DNA of 64,000 nt from assembly GCA_049968255.1 (NCBI GenBank), contig JBMFRB010000003.1:199385-263384 (forward strand). The letters run 5' to 3'. Origin of the DNA: Candidatus Sumerlaeaceae bacterium (GTDB taxonomy: Bacteria > Sumerlaeota > Sumerlaeia > Sumerlaeales > Sumerlaeaceae). The notes beneath the pieces were generated by a model. It saw only the letters and a list, made by a program, of their open reading frames with translations. It was not told the origin of the DNA and did no database searches. The stretch's first letter is position 1. Each line of letters starts with the position of its first letter. Shown here one piece after another: positions 1 through 9,171 of the stretch. The position numbers were made by a program, and so were the translations under genes.

Positions 1-58
1 CACACTTCAGACAAAAGCAGAGGCCACTGCCTCTCAGCAGGAACTCGATCCTCATCGG

Positions 59-715
59 GTGACTGTAGACATGGTGCGCAACGATCCCGAAGTTCGCACC
101 TTGATTGACTGTGCGGATCGCTATCTCGCAGCGATTGGCTACACGGACCACGGCTTTGGTCACGTGTCGCGGGTGGCGATTCGCGCTCAGAAAATCTTGC
201 GCGAGCTCGGCATGAGCGAACGCGAAGTGGAGCTTGCCGGCATTGCCGGTTTCCTCCACGACATTGGCAATATGATCCATCGGCAGGGACACGCGCATCA
301 CAGCGCACTCCTGAGCGTCCCCATCCTCAAGCGTATGGGAATGCCGCTGGAAGAGATCGCGATCGTGGTTGGCGCAATCGCCAATCACCACGAGGATTGC
401 GGCGAACCGGTTTCGAACGTGAGTGCTGCACTTATTCTCGCTGACAAATCGGACGTGCTGCGGTCACGCGTACGCAATCCGAAAATGATCAGCTTTGATA
501 TCCACGATCGTGTGAATTACGCCGCGGAGCGCAGCGAGATCATCGTCGAAAAGGATCGCCATCTCATCACGCTCAAGCTAAAAATTGACACATCGCTCTG
601 TCAGGTCATTGATTACTTCGAGATTTTCATGACCCGAATGACGATGAGCCGTCGCGGTGCAAATTACTTGAATTGCGATTTCCGGCTCATCATCAACGAT
701 GTCCAGTTAGCTTGA
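59..715 (+). CDS. HD-domain metal-dependent phosphohydrolase
   Basis: 218-aa ORF with HD motif context (GHVSRVA...FLHDIGN...HH). Typical HD/HDIG phosphohydrolase size. Confidence 0.7.
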   Translation: MTVDMVRNDPEVRTLIDCADRYLAAIGYTDHGFGHVSRVAIRAQKILRELGMSEREVELAGIAGFLHDIGNMIHRQGHAHHSALLSVPILKRMGMPLEEIAIVVGAIANHHEDCGEPVSNVSAALILADKSDVLRSRVRNPKMISFDIHDRVNYAAERSEIIVEKDRHLITLKLKIDTSLCQVIDYFEIFMTRMTMSRRGANYLNCDFRLIINDVQLA

Positions 716-937
716 CGCAGCCTTTGGCGATTGGGGCTTGACACGCCCCGGTGATCAAGCCATGGGCTTGCGCGAGACTCGCGCGGCAGCTCATATTCCA
801 CGGTCAAGTGGTGCGCCGAGGGTGGAGGCAAGGTTTTCCTTGTCCGATGGCGGGGAGATTTTGCGCTCGCGGAAAAGTTTTGGCTCGATGACGGGCCTCA
901 TTTCGGCTGAAAAGCGCATTCGTGCCTGCGGGCTCGA

Positions 938-3655
938 ATGCGCCAGAACAAGAGATGGAGCGCAATGAAAGCAGAGCTTAAAGTTCGTCTGGGGATTGTT
1001 GCCGCTGTTTTTCTCATTTCCATTTGGCTCATCTGGCCGACCATGCAGTACTTCCTCGGCGTGTCGGGGAAGATCCAGGCTACGCCTGAGCAACTCGATG
1101 CATTGCGGCGCAAAAGTATTCCGCTTGGCCTGGACTTGCAAGGCGGCGTGGACGTCTTGCTGGAAGTAGACGAAGCCAAGCTCAAGGCCACAAAGATCCA
1201 GCGTTATGCCGACGAACTGGCCAACGCCTTCAAGCAGGACAGCCCTCCGATTGATGCCACAGTCGAAGCTGTGCCCGACAAGGAAGCCGTCCGGGTCACT
1301 GTGAACAAGCCCGAGCACACACGGCCCGCCGCAGCTATTCTCAAGCGGTTCGAGCAGCAGCAGATTCTCCCGAAATTTGATGAGGCCAGTCTGCAAGTCG
1401 GCAAGCCGGTCGAGCTCCCGATCAACCGTGAGCTACTCAAGCAGGACATCGAGAAAACCGTCGACAGCGCGCTCAAGGTCATCCGAGACCGCGTGGACAA
1501 GCTTGGCGTTACGCAGCCCGTTGTTGTGAAGCAGGGGGCCAACCGTATCCGCGTACAGCTGCCGGGCGAAAAGGATCCCGAGATGGTCGTCAAGACTGTC
1601 ATCCGGCCTGCCCAGCTTGAGTTCCGCGCTGTGCGTGCGGCTCAGCAGCCTGTCATGGATGCGGACGGACGCGAGCGCTACCCAGACGACAGTGCTTCTT
1701 TCATTGATATCAACACAGGCAAGGTGCTCGAAGGAAAACAGATCCCGCCGGGCTATGAGGTGCGCCCAATGAAGCTCCAGAAGCGCGATCCTGCTACCGG
1801 CGAGCTGGCCACGGAAACGCGTTACATCCTGGTCAAGCAAAAGATCGAGATGACGGGTGAGAGCCTTGCCGATTCCTGGGTGAGCCTCGATCCGACGAAA
1901 TTCAATCAGCCGATCGTGCACCTCGAATTCAAGCCCGAGGGGGCAAAGAAATTTGAGCAGGTGACACGCCAATATGAACACAAACCCCTGGCCGTGCTGC
2001 TCGACGGTGTTGTCTACACAGCGCCCAACATCAATCAGGTCATCAGCGAAGGAAGCTGCATTATCGAGGGCGCATTCAGCCTCGAGGAAGCTCACAACCT
2101 GAGCCTCATTCTCAAGGCTGGTGCCCTGCCGGCCGAGCTCCTCACCAAGGAAAAGCGAATCGTCGAGGCCACTCTCGGCGCCGATTCGATCCGCGCCAGC
2201 GTTTATGCCCTCCTTGTGGGAAGCGTGCTCGTGGCAGCCTACATGGTTGTTTATTACGGGACAGCGGGGCTCATTGCCGACATTGCACTGCTCATCAACG
2301 TCCTGATCATTTTTGCCTTCATGAAATTGGCTAATGCCACACTTACTCTCTCGGGAATCGGCGGTATCTTGCTCACCGTCGGTATGGCGGTTGACGCAAA
2401 TATTTTGATCTACGAACGCATTCGCGAAGAGCTAGCTACGGGCAAAACACTCAAGCAGGCGATTTATTTGGGCTTTGGGCGCGCTTTTTCGGTTATCTTT
2501 GACGCGAATCTCACGACATTGATTTCTGGCCTAACGCTGTTGCAGTTCGGTACCCAATCGGTCAAAGGATTTGCGCTCTCGCTCAACATCGGTATTCTCG
2601 CCACGCTCTTCACGGGCTTATTTTGTACGCACGCCCTCATCGACGGCTACCTCGCTTGGCGTAAAACCATGTCCTTCGGAAAATTCCAGTGGTTCAAGCC
2701 GGGCGTCCTTATCGATTTTCTCGGCCTGCGCAAGTACTCCTACGTCTGGTCTGGGGGGCTTTTCCTCGCCTCGCTGCTTTATGTCATGCCGTTCGCGCCA
2801 TTCCCCGGCTCGAACTGGGGCGTAGATTTCGAGGGCGGGCTCTTGACCGATGTTCAGCTGTCGAAGTCCCTAGAGGTGCAGCAACTGCAGGCTGCCTATG
2901 GTGACTGGCGCATTCAGAAAGTGGCCGGTGAGAACATGTACCTCATCCGCATGAAGTTCGTCTCCAACGATGCGGATCAGATTGCCAAAACGCAGCAGGA
3001 AGTTCAGAAACGCTTGGACAAAGTGGTCGGCCCTGGCAACTACAAGATTCTCGGCTCAGAGTCTGTAAGCAACGAAGTGGGAGGCGAGTTCACGCGCACC
3101 GCCATCATTGCGTGCGTCATCGCCTCGATCGGAATTCTCATCTACATGTGGTTCCGCTTCGAGCTCCTGTTCGGTCTCGCCGCTGTCGTCGCCCTTTTCC
3201 ACGATCTCATCATCACCTATGGGGTGTTCAACATGTTGGGTGATATCAGCTGGGCCGGCGAGGTGACCCTAGATGTGGTTTCTGCTCTGCTTGTCATTCT
3301 CGGTTATTCAGTGAACGACACGATCATTATCTTTGACCGTGTGCGCGAGAACATGAAGCTGCATCCCGCTATGCCGCTGCGCGACCTCATCAACCGCAGC
3401 ATCTGCGAATCGTTGAATCGGACAGCGAACACGGTAGGCACAGTGATCATGGTGCTCGTGATCATGCTGCTGCTTGGCGGCAAGGGGCTCCATGATTTTG
3501 CTCTTGTGCTTCTCATTGGCATCATCAAAGGCACCTACTCATCAAGCTTCGTGGCCAGTCCGCTGCTTTATGATCTTTCGAACTATGCAAAGCGGCGGGC
3601 GGCAAAGAAGCCCGGTGCCCAGCATCTGAGGCCGATGCTCAAGGAGAATGCGTAA
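938..3655 (+). CDS. secDF: Fused protein translocase subunit SecDF
   Basis: 905-aa ORF. N-terminal SecD-like TM plus periplasmic region, SecD membrane core (ILLTVGMAVDANILIYERIREE), then a SecF-like second half (NWGVDFEGG ... IIFDRVREN). Exact start uncertain (ATG at 938 or 965). Confidence 0.85.
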   Translation: MRQNKRWSAMKAELKVRLGIVAAVFLISIWLIWPTMQYFLGVSGKIQATPEQLDALRRKSIPLGLDLQGGVDVLLEVDEAKLKATKIQRYADELANAFKQDSPPIDATVEAVPDKEAVRVTVNKPEHTRPAAAILKRFEQQQILPKFDEASLQVGKPVELPINRELLKQDIEKTVDSALKVIRDRVDKLGVTQPVVVKQGANRIRVQLPGEKDPEMVVKTVIRPAQLEFRAVRAAQQPVMDADGRERYPDDSASFIDINTGKVLEGKQIPPGYEVRPMKLQKRDPATGELATETRYILVKQKIEMTGESLADSWVSLDPTKFNQPIVHLEFKPEGAKKFEQVTRQYEHKPLAVLLDGVVYTAPNINQVISEGSCIIEGAFSLEEAHNLSLILKAGALPAELLTKEKRIVEATLGADSIRASVYALLVGSVLVAAYMVVYYGTAGLIADIALLINVLIIFAFMKLANATLTLSGIGGILLTVGMAVDANILIYERIREELATGKTLKQAIYLGFGRAFSVIFDANLTTLISGLTLLQFGTQSVKGFALSLNIGILATLFTGLFCTHALIDGYLAWRKTMSFGKFQWFKPGVLIDFLGLRKYSYVWSGGLFLASLLYVMPFAPFPGSNWGVDFEGGLLTDVQLSKSLEVQQLQAAYGDWRIQKVAGENMYLIRMKFVSNDADQIAKTQQEVQKRLDKVVGPGNYKILGSESVSNEVGGEFTRTAIIACVIASIGILIYMWFRFELLFGLAAVVALFHDLIITYGVFNMLGDISWAGEVTLDVVSALLVILGYSVNDTIIIFDRVRENMKLHPAMPLRDLINRSICESLNRTANTVGTVIMVLVIMLLLGGKGLHDFALVLLIGIIKGTYSSSFVASPLLYDLSNYAKRRAAKKPGAQHLRPMLKENA

Positions 3656-3860
3656 GCTCTCTTGGCATCGGGGTAACGTGAGGAATGGTCTCGCGGATGT
3701 CATGGAATTAGCGTTTGAGAAGTTGTTGGCGTTCGCTGATGGGCAAGCCCGAAGCTAACACAACGGTAGCCCAGGCGATTGCACCTCGGCGATGGTGTGT
3801 GGGGTGGAGAGCTTATTCGACGCGGACGAAAAAGATGATGACGCACGAAGGAGAACAAGC

Positions 3861-5945
3861 GTGAAAGAATATGCGCCGAAACAGATTCGCAATGTAGCTC
3901 TTGCCGGTCACACAGGCTCGGGCAAGACGACGTTCACGGAAGCCATCCTGTATAACCTCAAACTCACGGATCGCATGGGACGGGTCGAGGACGGCAACAC
4001 GGTATCAGACTACGACCCCGAAGAGCAGAAGCGCCTGATGTCTATCAACGCTTCGTTGATTCCCGTTGAGTACCGTGGCACGAAGATTAATTTTCTGGAT
4101 TTGCCCGGTTATCGCGATTTCGTGGGCGAGATTCGCAATGCGATGCGCGTGTCGGAGGCGGTGGCCATCCTCGTGGACGCTTCGGGAGGAATCGAAGTCG
4201 GTGCAGAGTTGGCCTGGGAATACGCCGACGAATTCAAGCTTTCCCGCTTGGTCATCCTCAACAAGATGAACCGGGAGCGCGCAAACTTTCAGAAAGCGCT
4301 CGACGATGTCAAGGAAGCCTTTGGGTGCCGGCCAGTGATTGTGAGTTTCCCAATTGGCGAAGGACCGAATTTCAAAGGCGTGGTCAATGTGCTCACAGGC
4401 AAAATGTCGGTGGGCAACGGTGGGAAGGCGCAGCTTCAGGATGCGCCGGCAGAGGCTAAGGAGCGCCTCGAGGCGCTGCGCGCTGAGCTGATCGAGGTGG
4501 CGGCTGAAGGCGATGACGAGCTCACGATGAAGTTCCTCGAGGGCGAAACCCTGACGCCCGAAGAGATCGTTCGCGGGCTAAAAGGAGTCGTCCTGGCGGG
4601 ACGCGTTGTGCCTGTGCTCGCAGCGGCCGGCGTTGTGGGGGCGGGTGTGCTCGAAGTACTGGATTTTGCTGTGGACTGCCTACCCGCGCCGCCCGAGCGG
4701 GCGCCGTTCATGGCCAAGAGCGTAGATGGCAAGGACGACGTCGCTCTTGATTACGATGAAAATGGCTCGACGGTGGCTTTCGTCTTCAAGACCGTGAGCG
4801 ATCCCTACGCAGGACGCCTCACCTTCTTCAAAGTGCTGCGTGGTCAAGTGGCCAACGACACCGTGCTGCTCAATGTTACGCGCAGCGTGGAAGAGAAGGT
4901 CAGCCACCTCATGACGGTGCGTGGTAAAAAGAGCGATCCCATCAGCCGCGCCTTAGCGGGCGATATCGCTGTGCTGGCCAAGCTCTCGAACACGTTCACC
5001 GGCGACACACTGACCGATCCGAAGAATCCCGTAAAGGTCGAGCCAACGCCGATGCCTCCGCAAACCGTGCAAATGGCCGTTGTGGCCAAGTCGAAAGAGG
5101 ATGAGGAAAAGATTGGCATGGCGATGCACCGGCTCATTGAGCAAGATCCGACCCTGACGCTTTATCGCGACCAGGCCGTGCGTCAGACGATTCTGTGCGG
5201 CATGGGCGACACGCACCTCGAAGTGGCCGTGTCGCGCCTGCGGGCTCAGAGCAAAGTCGAAGTCGACCTCGAAATTCCCAAAGTGCCTTACCGCGAGACT
5301 ATCACCAAGGTGGCGCAGGGTCAGGGCAAACACAAGAAGCAGTCGGGCGGACGCGGACAGTTCGGCGAATGCTGGCTACGGCTCGAACCTCTGCCCGAAG
5401 GCACCGGATTTCAGTTCGAGTGGCAGATCGTGGGGGGCGTCATTCCAACAAAATTCCAACCATCCGTGGAAAAGGGCATCATTCAGGCCATGGAAAAAGG
5501 CGTTCTTGCTGGCTATCCCGTGGTCGACGTCAAAGCGATCTGTTACGATGGCAAGGATCACCCCGTGGATTCCAGCGACATGGCCTTCCAGATTGCTGCG
5601 TCCAAGGGCTTCAAAAACGTTGCTAAGGAGGCCAACCCGATTCTGCTTGAGCCCATTTACAAAGTGAAGGTCATCGTTCCCGAACAATACATGGGCGATG
5701 TGATGGGCGACCTCAATTCGCGGCGTGGTCGCATCCTCGGCATGACCTCGCAAGGACGCAAGCAAGTGATCGAGGCCCTCGTGCCACTCGCGGAAATGTT
5801 CGAATACTCGAAACAACTGCGTTCGATGACGCAGGGACGCGGCACCTATGAGATGGTCTTCGATCACTACGAACGCGTGCCCGGGGAAATCCAAGCTAAG
5901 GTTGTGGCGGCTGCAAAACCCGAGGCCGAGGAAGAAGAGGATTAG
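3861..5945 (+). CDS. Elongation factor G paralog (EF-G-like GTPase, divergent catalytic motifs)
   Basis: G domain AGHTGSGKTT (P-loop), DLPGYRDF (DxxG region), NKMN (NKxD position). EF-G domains II-V conserved (FKTVSDPYAGRLTFFKV, LLEPIYKVKV). GTG at 3861 preceded by AAGGAG. The longer ORF from 3792 is probably an overcall. Confidence 0.8.
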   Translation: MKEYAPKQIRNVALAGHTGSGKTTFTEAILYNLKLTDRMGRVEDGNTVSDYDPEEQKRLMSINASLIPVEYRGTKINFLDLPGYRDFVGEIRNAMRVSEAVAILVDASGGIEVGAELAWEYADEFKLSRLVILNKMNRERANFQKALDDVKEAFGCRPVIVSFPIGEGPNFKGVVNVLTGKMSVGNGGKAQLQDAPAEAKERLEALRAELIEVAAEGDDELTMKFLEGETLTPEEIVRGLKGVVLAGRVVPVLAAAGVVGAGVLEVLDFAVDCLPAPPERAPFMAKSVDGKDDVALDYDENGSTVAFVFKTVSDPYAGRLTFFKVLRGQVANDTVLLNVTRSVEEKVSHLMTVRGKKSDPISRALAGDIAVLAKLSNTFTGDTLTDPKNPVKVEPTPMPPQTVQMAVVAKSKEDEEKIGMAMHRLIEQDPTLTLYRDQAVRQTILCGMGDTHLEVAVSRLRAQSKVEVDLEIPKVPYRETITKVAQGQGKHKKQSGGRGQFGECWLRLEPLPEGTGFQFEWQIVGGVIPTKFQPSVEKGIIQAMEKGVLAGYPVVDVKAICYDGKDHPVDSSDMAFQIAASKGFKNVAKEANPILLEPIYKVKVIVPEQYMGDVMGDLNSRRGRILGMTSQGRKQVIEALVPLAEMFEYSKQLRSMTQGRGTYEMVFDHYERVPGEIQAKVVAAAKPEAEEEED

Positions 5946-5993
5946 AGGCTGCGGATAGGCTTAGCATCCTTGCGTTTTGGCTCGTAACGGTGT

Positions 5994-6037
5994 GGGGGCG
6001 CATTGAGGATTCTGGCTCAGCGCCCCCTCTCTTTGTG
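5994..6037 (+). terminator. Putative rho-independent terminator downstream of the EF-G paralog
   Basis: GGGGGCGC ... GCGCCCCC inverted repeat (8-bp GC stem, 18-nt loop) followed by TCTCTTTGTG. Confidence 0.4.
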
Positions 6038-6165
6038 AGCAAAGGGTTGTAGACACGGCCGGTTTGCAGCGCAAAAGTTGGCATTGCATCGAAGCACTTG
6101 GTTGCACTAGACCTCTGTGGACGTCTCATGCACCAGCGCAAAAAAGTGGGTCCAGGCACTTCGTC

Positions 6166-7437
6166 ATGACGGCGACAGCGTGGAAATCGACGGCGATCTG
6201 GCTTTTGCTCTTTGGTGCCTTCACCGCGTTTGTTGTGGCGAACAAAGGGTGGGGTGTATTCTTAAACTATTTGCTACTAGGTATCCCTCAAGGCTCTATC
6301 ATTGCTGCCATTGCCGTGGGCTACTCCATGGTCTATGGCATCATTCAGCTGATCAACTTCGCGCACGGCGAAGTCTTTATGCTGTCGGCTTATTTCCTGC
6401 TCATGTTTCTTGTGCCTCCAGATTCGCCCTCGTCGGTGGCGCCGCGAATCATTACGGCAATCGTGGGGCTGATTGTCGGCGTCGCGTTCCACACCGCTCT
6501 GGGCGAACATCGCTCGCCACGCTTGCGCCTGCTGATTGCCCTCGTGGTGGGAATTTCCGTCGCGGCGATCAATGGCCAGCTGTTGCCGGTGTGGGGCGGC
6601 GCGCCGCGTATCCCTTTCTTCGCAGCCTACGTTCTGGCCATTCTCTATGCGTGTTGTCTCGGTGTGACGATGGACCGTTTGGCCTATCGGCCGCTGCGAG
6701 CTTCACCGCGCCTGATTGCACTCATCACCGCCATTGGGTTGTCGCTTCTCCTGCAAAATGTGGCCCAGGTCACGTGGGGCAGCGCGAGCCGCTTCTTCCC
6801 GGCCAATGCCACGCCCAGCTTCTTTACAGGTAAGCGGATCTCTCTGGCGAAAGTTGGCGATACACAGCTCGAACTTTCCATGCTTGATGCCCTCATCATT
6901 ATTGTTGCTGTGCTCTCGATGGCCGTGCTCCAGACGTTTGTCCTGCGGTCGCGCACGGGCAAGGCGATGCGCGCGTGTGCCCAGGACCGCGTCACTGCGA
7001 GTCTGATGGGGATTCGCGTGGACACGGTTGTGGCGCTGGCTTTTGCTATTGGTGCTGGCCTTGCGGGACTCGTCGCGCCCCTCTATGTGCTGCGCGGAAC
7101 GCCGCTATATCCGCAGATGGGTTATATCGTCGGCATTCTGGCTTTTGCTTCCGCAGTGCTTGGCGGCATCGGTAATCTCACGGGAGCAATGATCGGCGGG
7201 ATGATCATCGGCATCATCTACAGCTTCGTGCCGCTTTTCGATGCGTTTGATACATTTCCTGTTTTCGCCGTTTTCGAGCGCTGGGGATGGATGACGCGTG
7301 AGGGATTTCAGCAATTCATGGCGGCGTTCGGACGACCGAGTCAGTACCAGCTCGGTGTGGCCTATGCGTTCATGATCCTTGTGATCATCTTCAAGCCAAC
7401 AGGTCTGCTCGGTAAAGCGACGGCAAAACGCGCATGA
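6166..7437 (+). CDS. livH: Branched-chain amino acid ABC transporter permease (LivH family, with insertions)
   Basis: GYSMVYGIIQLINFAHGEVFMLSAY signature of LivH/BPD_transp_2, multiple TM segments. The ORF from 6064 is likely over-extended. Longer than typical LivH (inserted loop plus C-terminal tail). Confidence 0.75.
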   Translation: MTATAWKSTAIWLLLFGAFTAFVVANKGWGVFLNYLLLGIPQGSIIAAIAVGYSMVYGIIQLINFAHGEVFMLSAYFLLMFLVPPDSPSSVAPRIITAIVGLIVGVAFHTALGEHRSPRLRLLIALVVGISVAAINGQLLPVWGGAPRIPFFAAYVLAILYACCLGVTMDRLAYRPLRASPRLIALITAIGLSLLLQNVAQVTWGSASRFFPANATPSFFTGKRISLAKVGDTQLELSMLDALIIIVAVLSMAVLQTFVLRSRTGKAMRACAQDRVTASLMGIRVDTVVALAFAIGAGLAGLVAPLYVLRGTPLYPQMGYIVGILAFASAVLGGIGNLTGAMIGGMIIGIIYSFVPLFDAFDTFPVFAVFERWGWMTREGFQQFMAAFGRPSQYQLGVAYAFMILVIIFKPTGLLGKATAKRA

Positions 7438-7447
7438 GGTCAGGACA

Positions 7448-8599
7448 ATGAAGACACTCACCCCACGACAATGGCGTCTCCTCGGAGCACTTGCCTATGT
7501 GGTGTTTGCTCTGGCCTTGCCCCACGTGTTGGCTGTGCTTCTTTCGCCGATGAGTTTCTCTCCCGCGCTCAATGTGGCTGTGTTGGTCACCATTGCCGGC
7601 ATGGCAGCCACTGGCCTCAACATCATCGTGGGCTATTGCGGGCTCCTCAATCTTGGCTTTGCAGGATTTATGCTGATTGGCGCCTACACGGCGGGAATTC
7701 TCATGAAGGAGCACGGGTGGAGCTTTTGGGCGGCAGCACCGGCCGCAGCTTTGCACGGCGCGTTATGGGGAGTGATTCTCGGCATTCCGACGTTGCGCCT
7801 TGTTGGCGATTATTTCGCCATTGTGACGTTCGGCTTCAGCGAACTTGTGATCATGGTCGCGAAGAATTGGGTCAACGTCACACGCGGTCCGGCTGGCTAT
7901 CCTGATGTCCCACGCCCGGTGCTTGATCTATCGTGGTTAGCGCCGCTGTTAGGCTTGCCCGCCGATGAGCTGCGTCTGGCCTTCACCGGAATTGATCGTG
8001 TGGCGTACTGGTACCTTGCGACATTTCTTCTCGGATTGTGCATGCTGATTTCCGATCGGGTGGCGCGTTCGCGAGTCGGCCGTGCGTGGCTGGCTATTCG
8101 CGAAGATGAAGTGGCTGCTGAAGCTTGCGGTATTGATGCTCGGCGTTATAAAACCATGGCCTTTGCCGTGAGCGCGGCCATTGGTGCGCTGGCTGGGGCT
8201 TTCCAAGGGGCCTATCTCACATTGGTCGATTATCGCAACTATGAATTCATGACCAGCGTGTACGTGCTATGCTACGTTGTGCTCGGCGGCATGGGCACAG
8301 TGCTTGGTCCCGTGGTAGGGGCAGCGATACTTGTCTCGCTCGTCGAGCTGCTGCGCACCAGCCCGGCCAGTTATCTGGCCGGCCTCGTGGCTTGGTGGCC
8401 TGCCCTTCGCGATTGGCTGGCCGCTCTGCCCTGGGTGCCGGACATGCGCTTCATCATCTACGGGGTGATCCTTATTCTCATGATTCGCTTCCGCCCTGAG
8501 GGCATCATCAGGAGCCGTGTGCGTGCGCGCGAGTTGCACGCGCATTTTCAGCCAGGCGAGGAAGATGGACTGTCGTTGTACGTTCTTCATTCGCGCTGA
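7448..8599 (+). CDS. livM: Branched-chain amino acid ABC transporter permease (LivM family)
   Basis: 383 aa, polytopic. LivM-like motifs (GYCGLLNLGFAGFMLIGAYTAG, ...FMTSVYVLCYVVLGGMGTVLGPVVGA). Follows livH by 10 nt. Confidence 0.75.
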   Translation: MKTLTPRQWRLLGALAYVVFALALPHVLAVLLSPMSFSPALNVAVLVTIAGMAATGLNIIVGYCGLLNLGFAGFMLIGAYTAGILMKEHGWSFWAAAPAAALHGALWGVILGIPTLRLVGDYFAIVTFGFSELVIMVAKNWVNVTRGPAGYPDVPRPVLDLSWLAPLLGLPADELRLAFTGIDRVAYWYLATFLLGLCMLISDRVARSRVGRAWLAIREDEVAAEACGIDARRYKTMAFAVSAAIGALAGAFQGAYLTLVDYRNYEFMTSVYVLCYVVLGGMGTVLGPVVGAAILVSLVELLRTSPASYLAGLVAWWPALRDWLAALPWVPDMRFIIYGVILILMIRFRPEGIIRSRVRARELHAHFQPGEEDGLSLYVLHSR

Positions 8600-8675
8600 G
8601 CGCTTGACTCATGGGTCTGGCGTCCGCGCTTATTTTGCGATCCGATAGGACACACCAAATCTAGCGAGGTTTTCA

Positions 8676-9095
8676 ATGGCACAACGCACACTTATCTTTG
8701 TCAAACCCGACGGCGTGCGCCGTGGGTTGGTGGGGGAGATCATCTCGCGTTTTGAACGCAAGGGACTTCGTATCGTCGCCATCAAGATGTTGCGCTTCAC
8801 CCCTGAGCTGGCCCGCAAACATTACCAGGAGCATGTGAATAAGCCCTTCTACCCAGCACTCGAGGAGTTTATCCTCAGCGGTCCCGTGGTGGCCATGGTA
8901 CTCGAAGGCGAGGATGTTGTGGAGCTCACACGGACAATGATGGGCAAGACCAAGCACACGGAAGCGGCACCGGGAACAATCCGCGGCGATTTCGCCTTCT
9001 CCACGACGGAAAATCTCGTGCACGGCAGTGACTCGCCCGAGCGTGCTGCGATCGAAATTGCCAATTTTTTCACGCCAGATGAGATCGTCGGCTAG
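8676..9095 (+). CDS. ndk: Nucleoside diphosphate kinase
   Basis: 139 aa. Begins [36 protein letters not shown] active-site His context (NLVHGSDS). Confidence 0.92.
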   Translation: MAQRTLIFVKPDGVRRGLVGEIISRFERKGLRIVAIKMLRFTPELARKHYQEHVNKPFYPALEEFILSGPVVAMVLEGEDVVELTRTMMGKTKHTEAAPGTIRGDFAFSTTENLVHGSDSPERAAIEIANFFTPDEIVG

Positions 9096-9171
9096 GAGCC
9101 AAACGCTCGCGCACGCCATGATGAAATTGTCCTTGGACGGCTAAAGCCATTGTGACAAACTCGCAGTTTAC

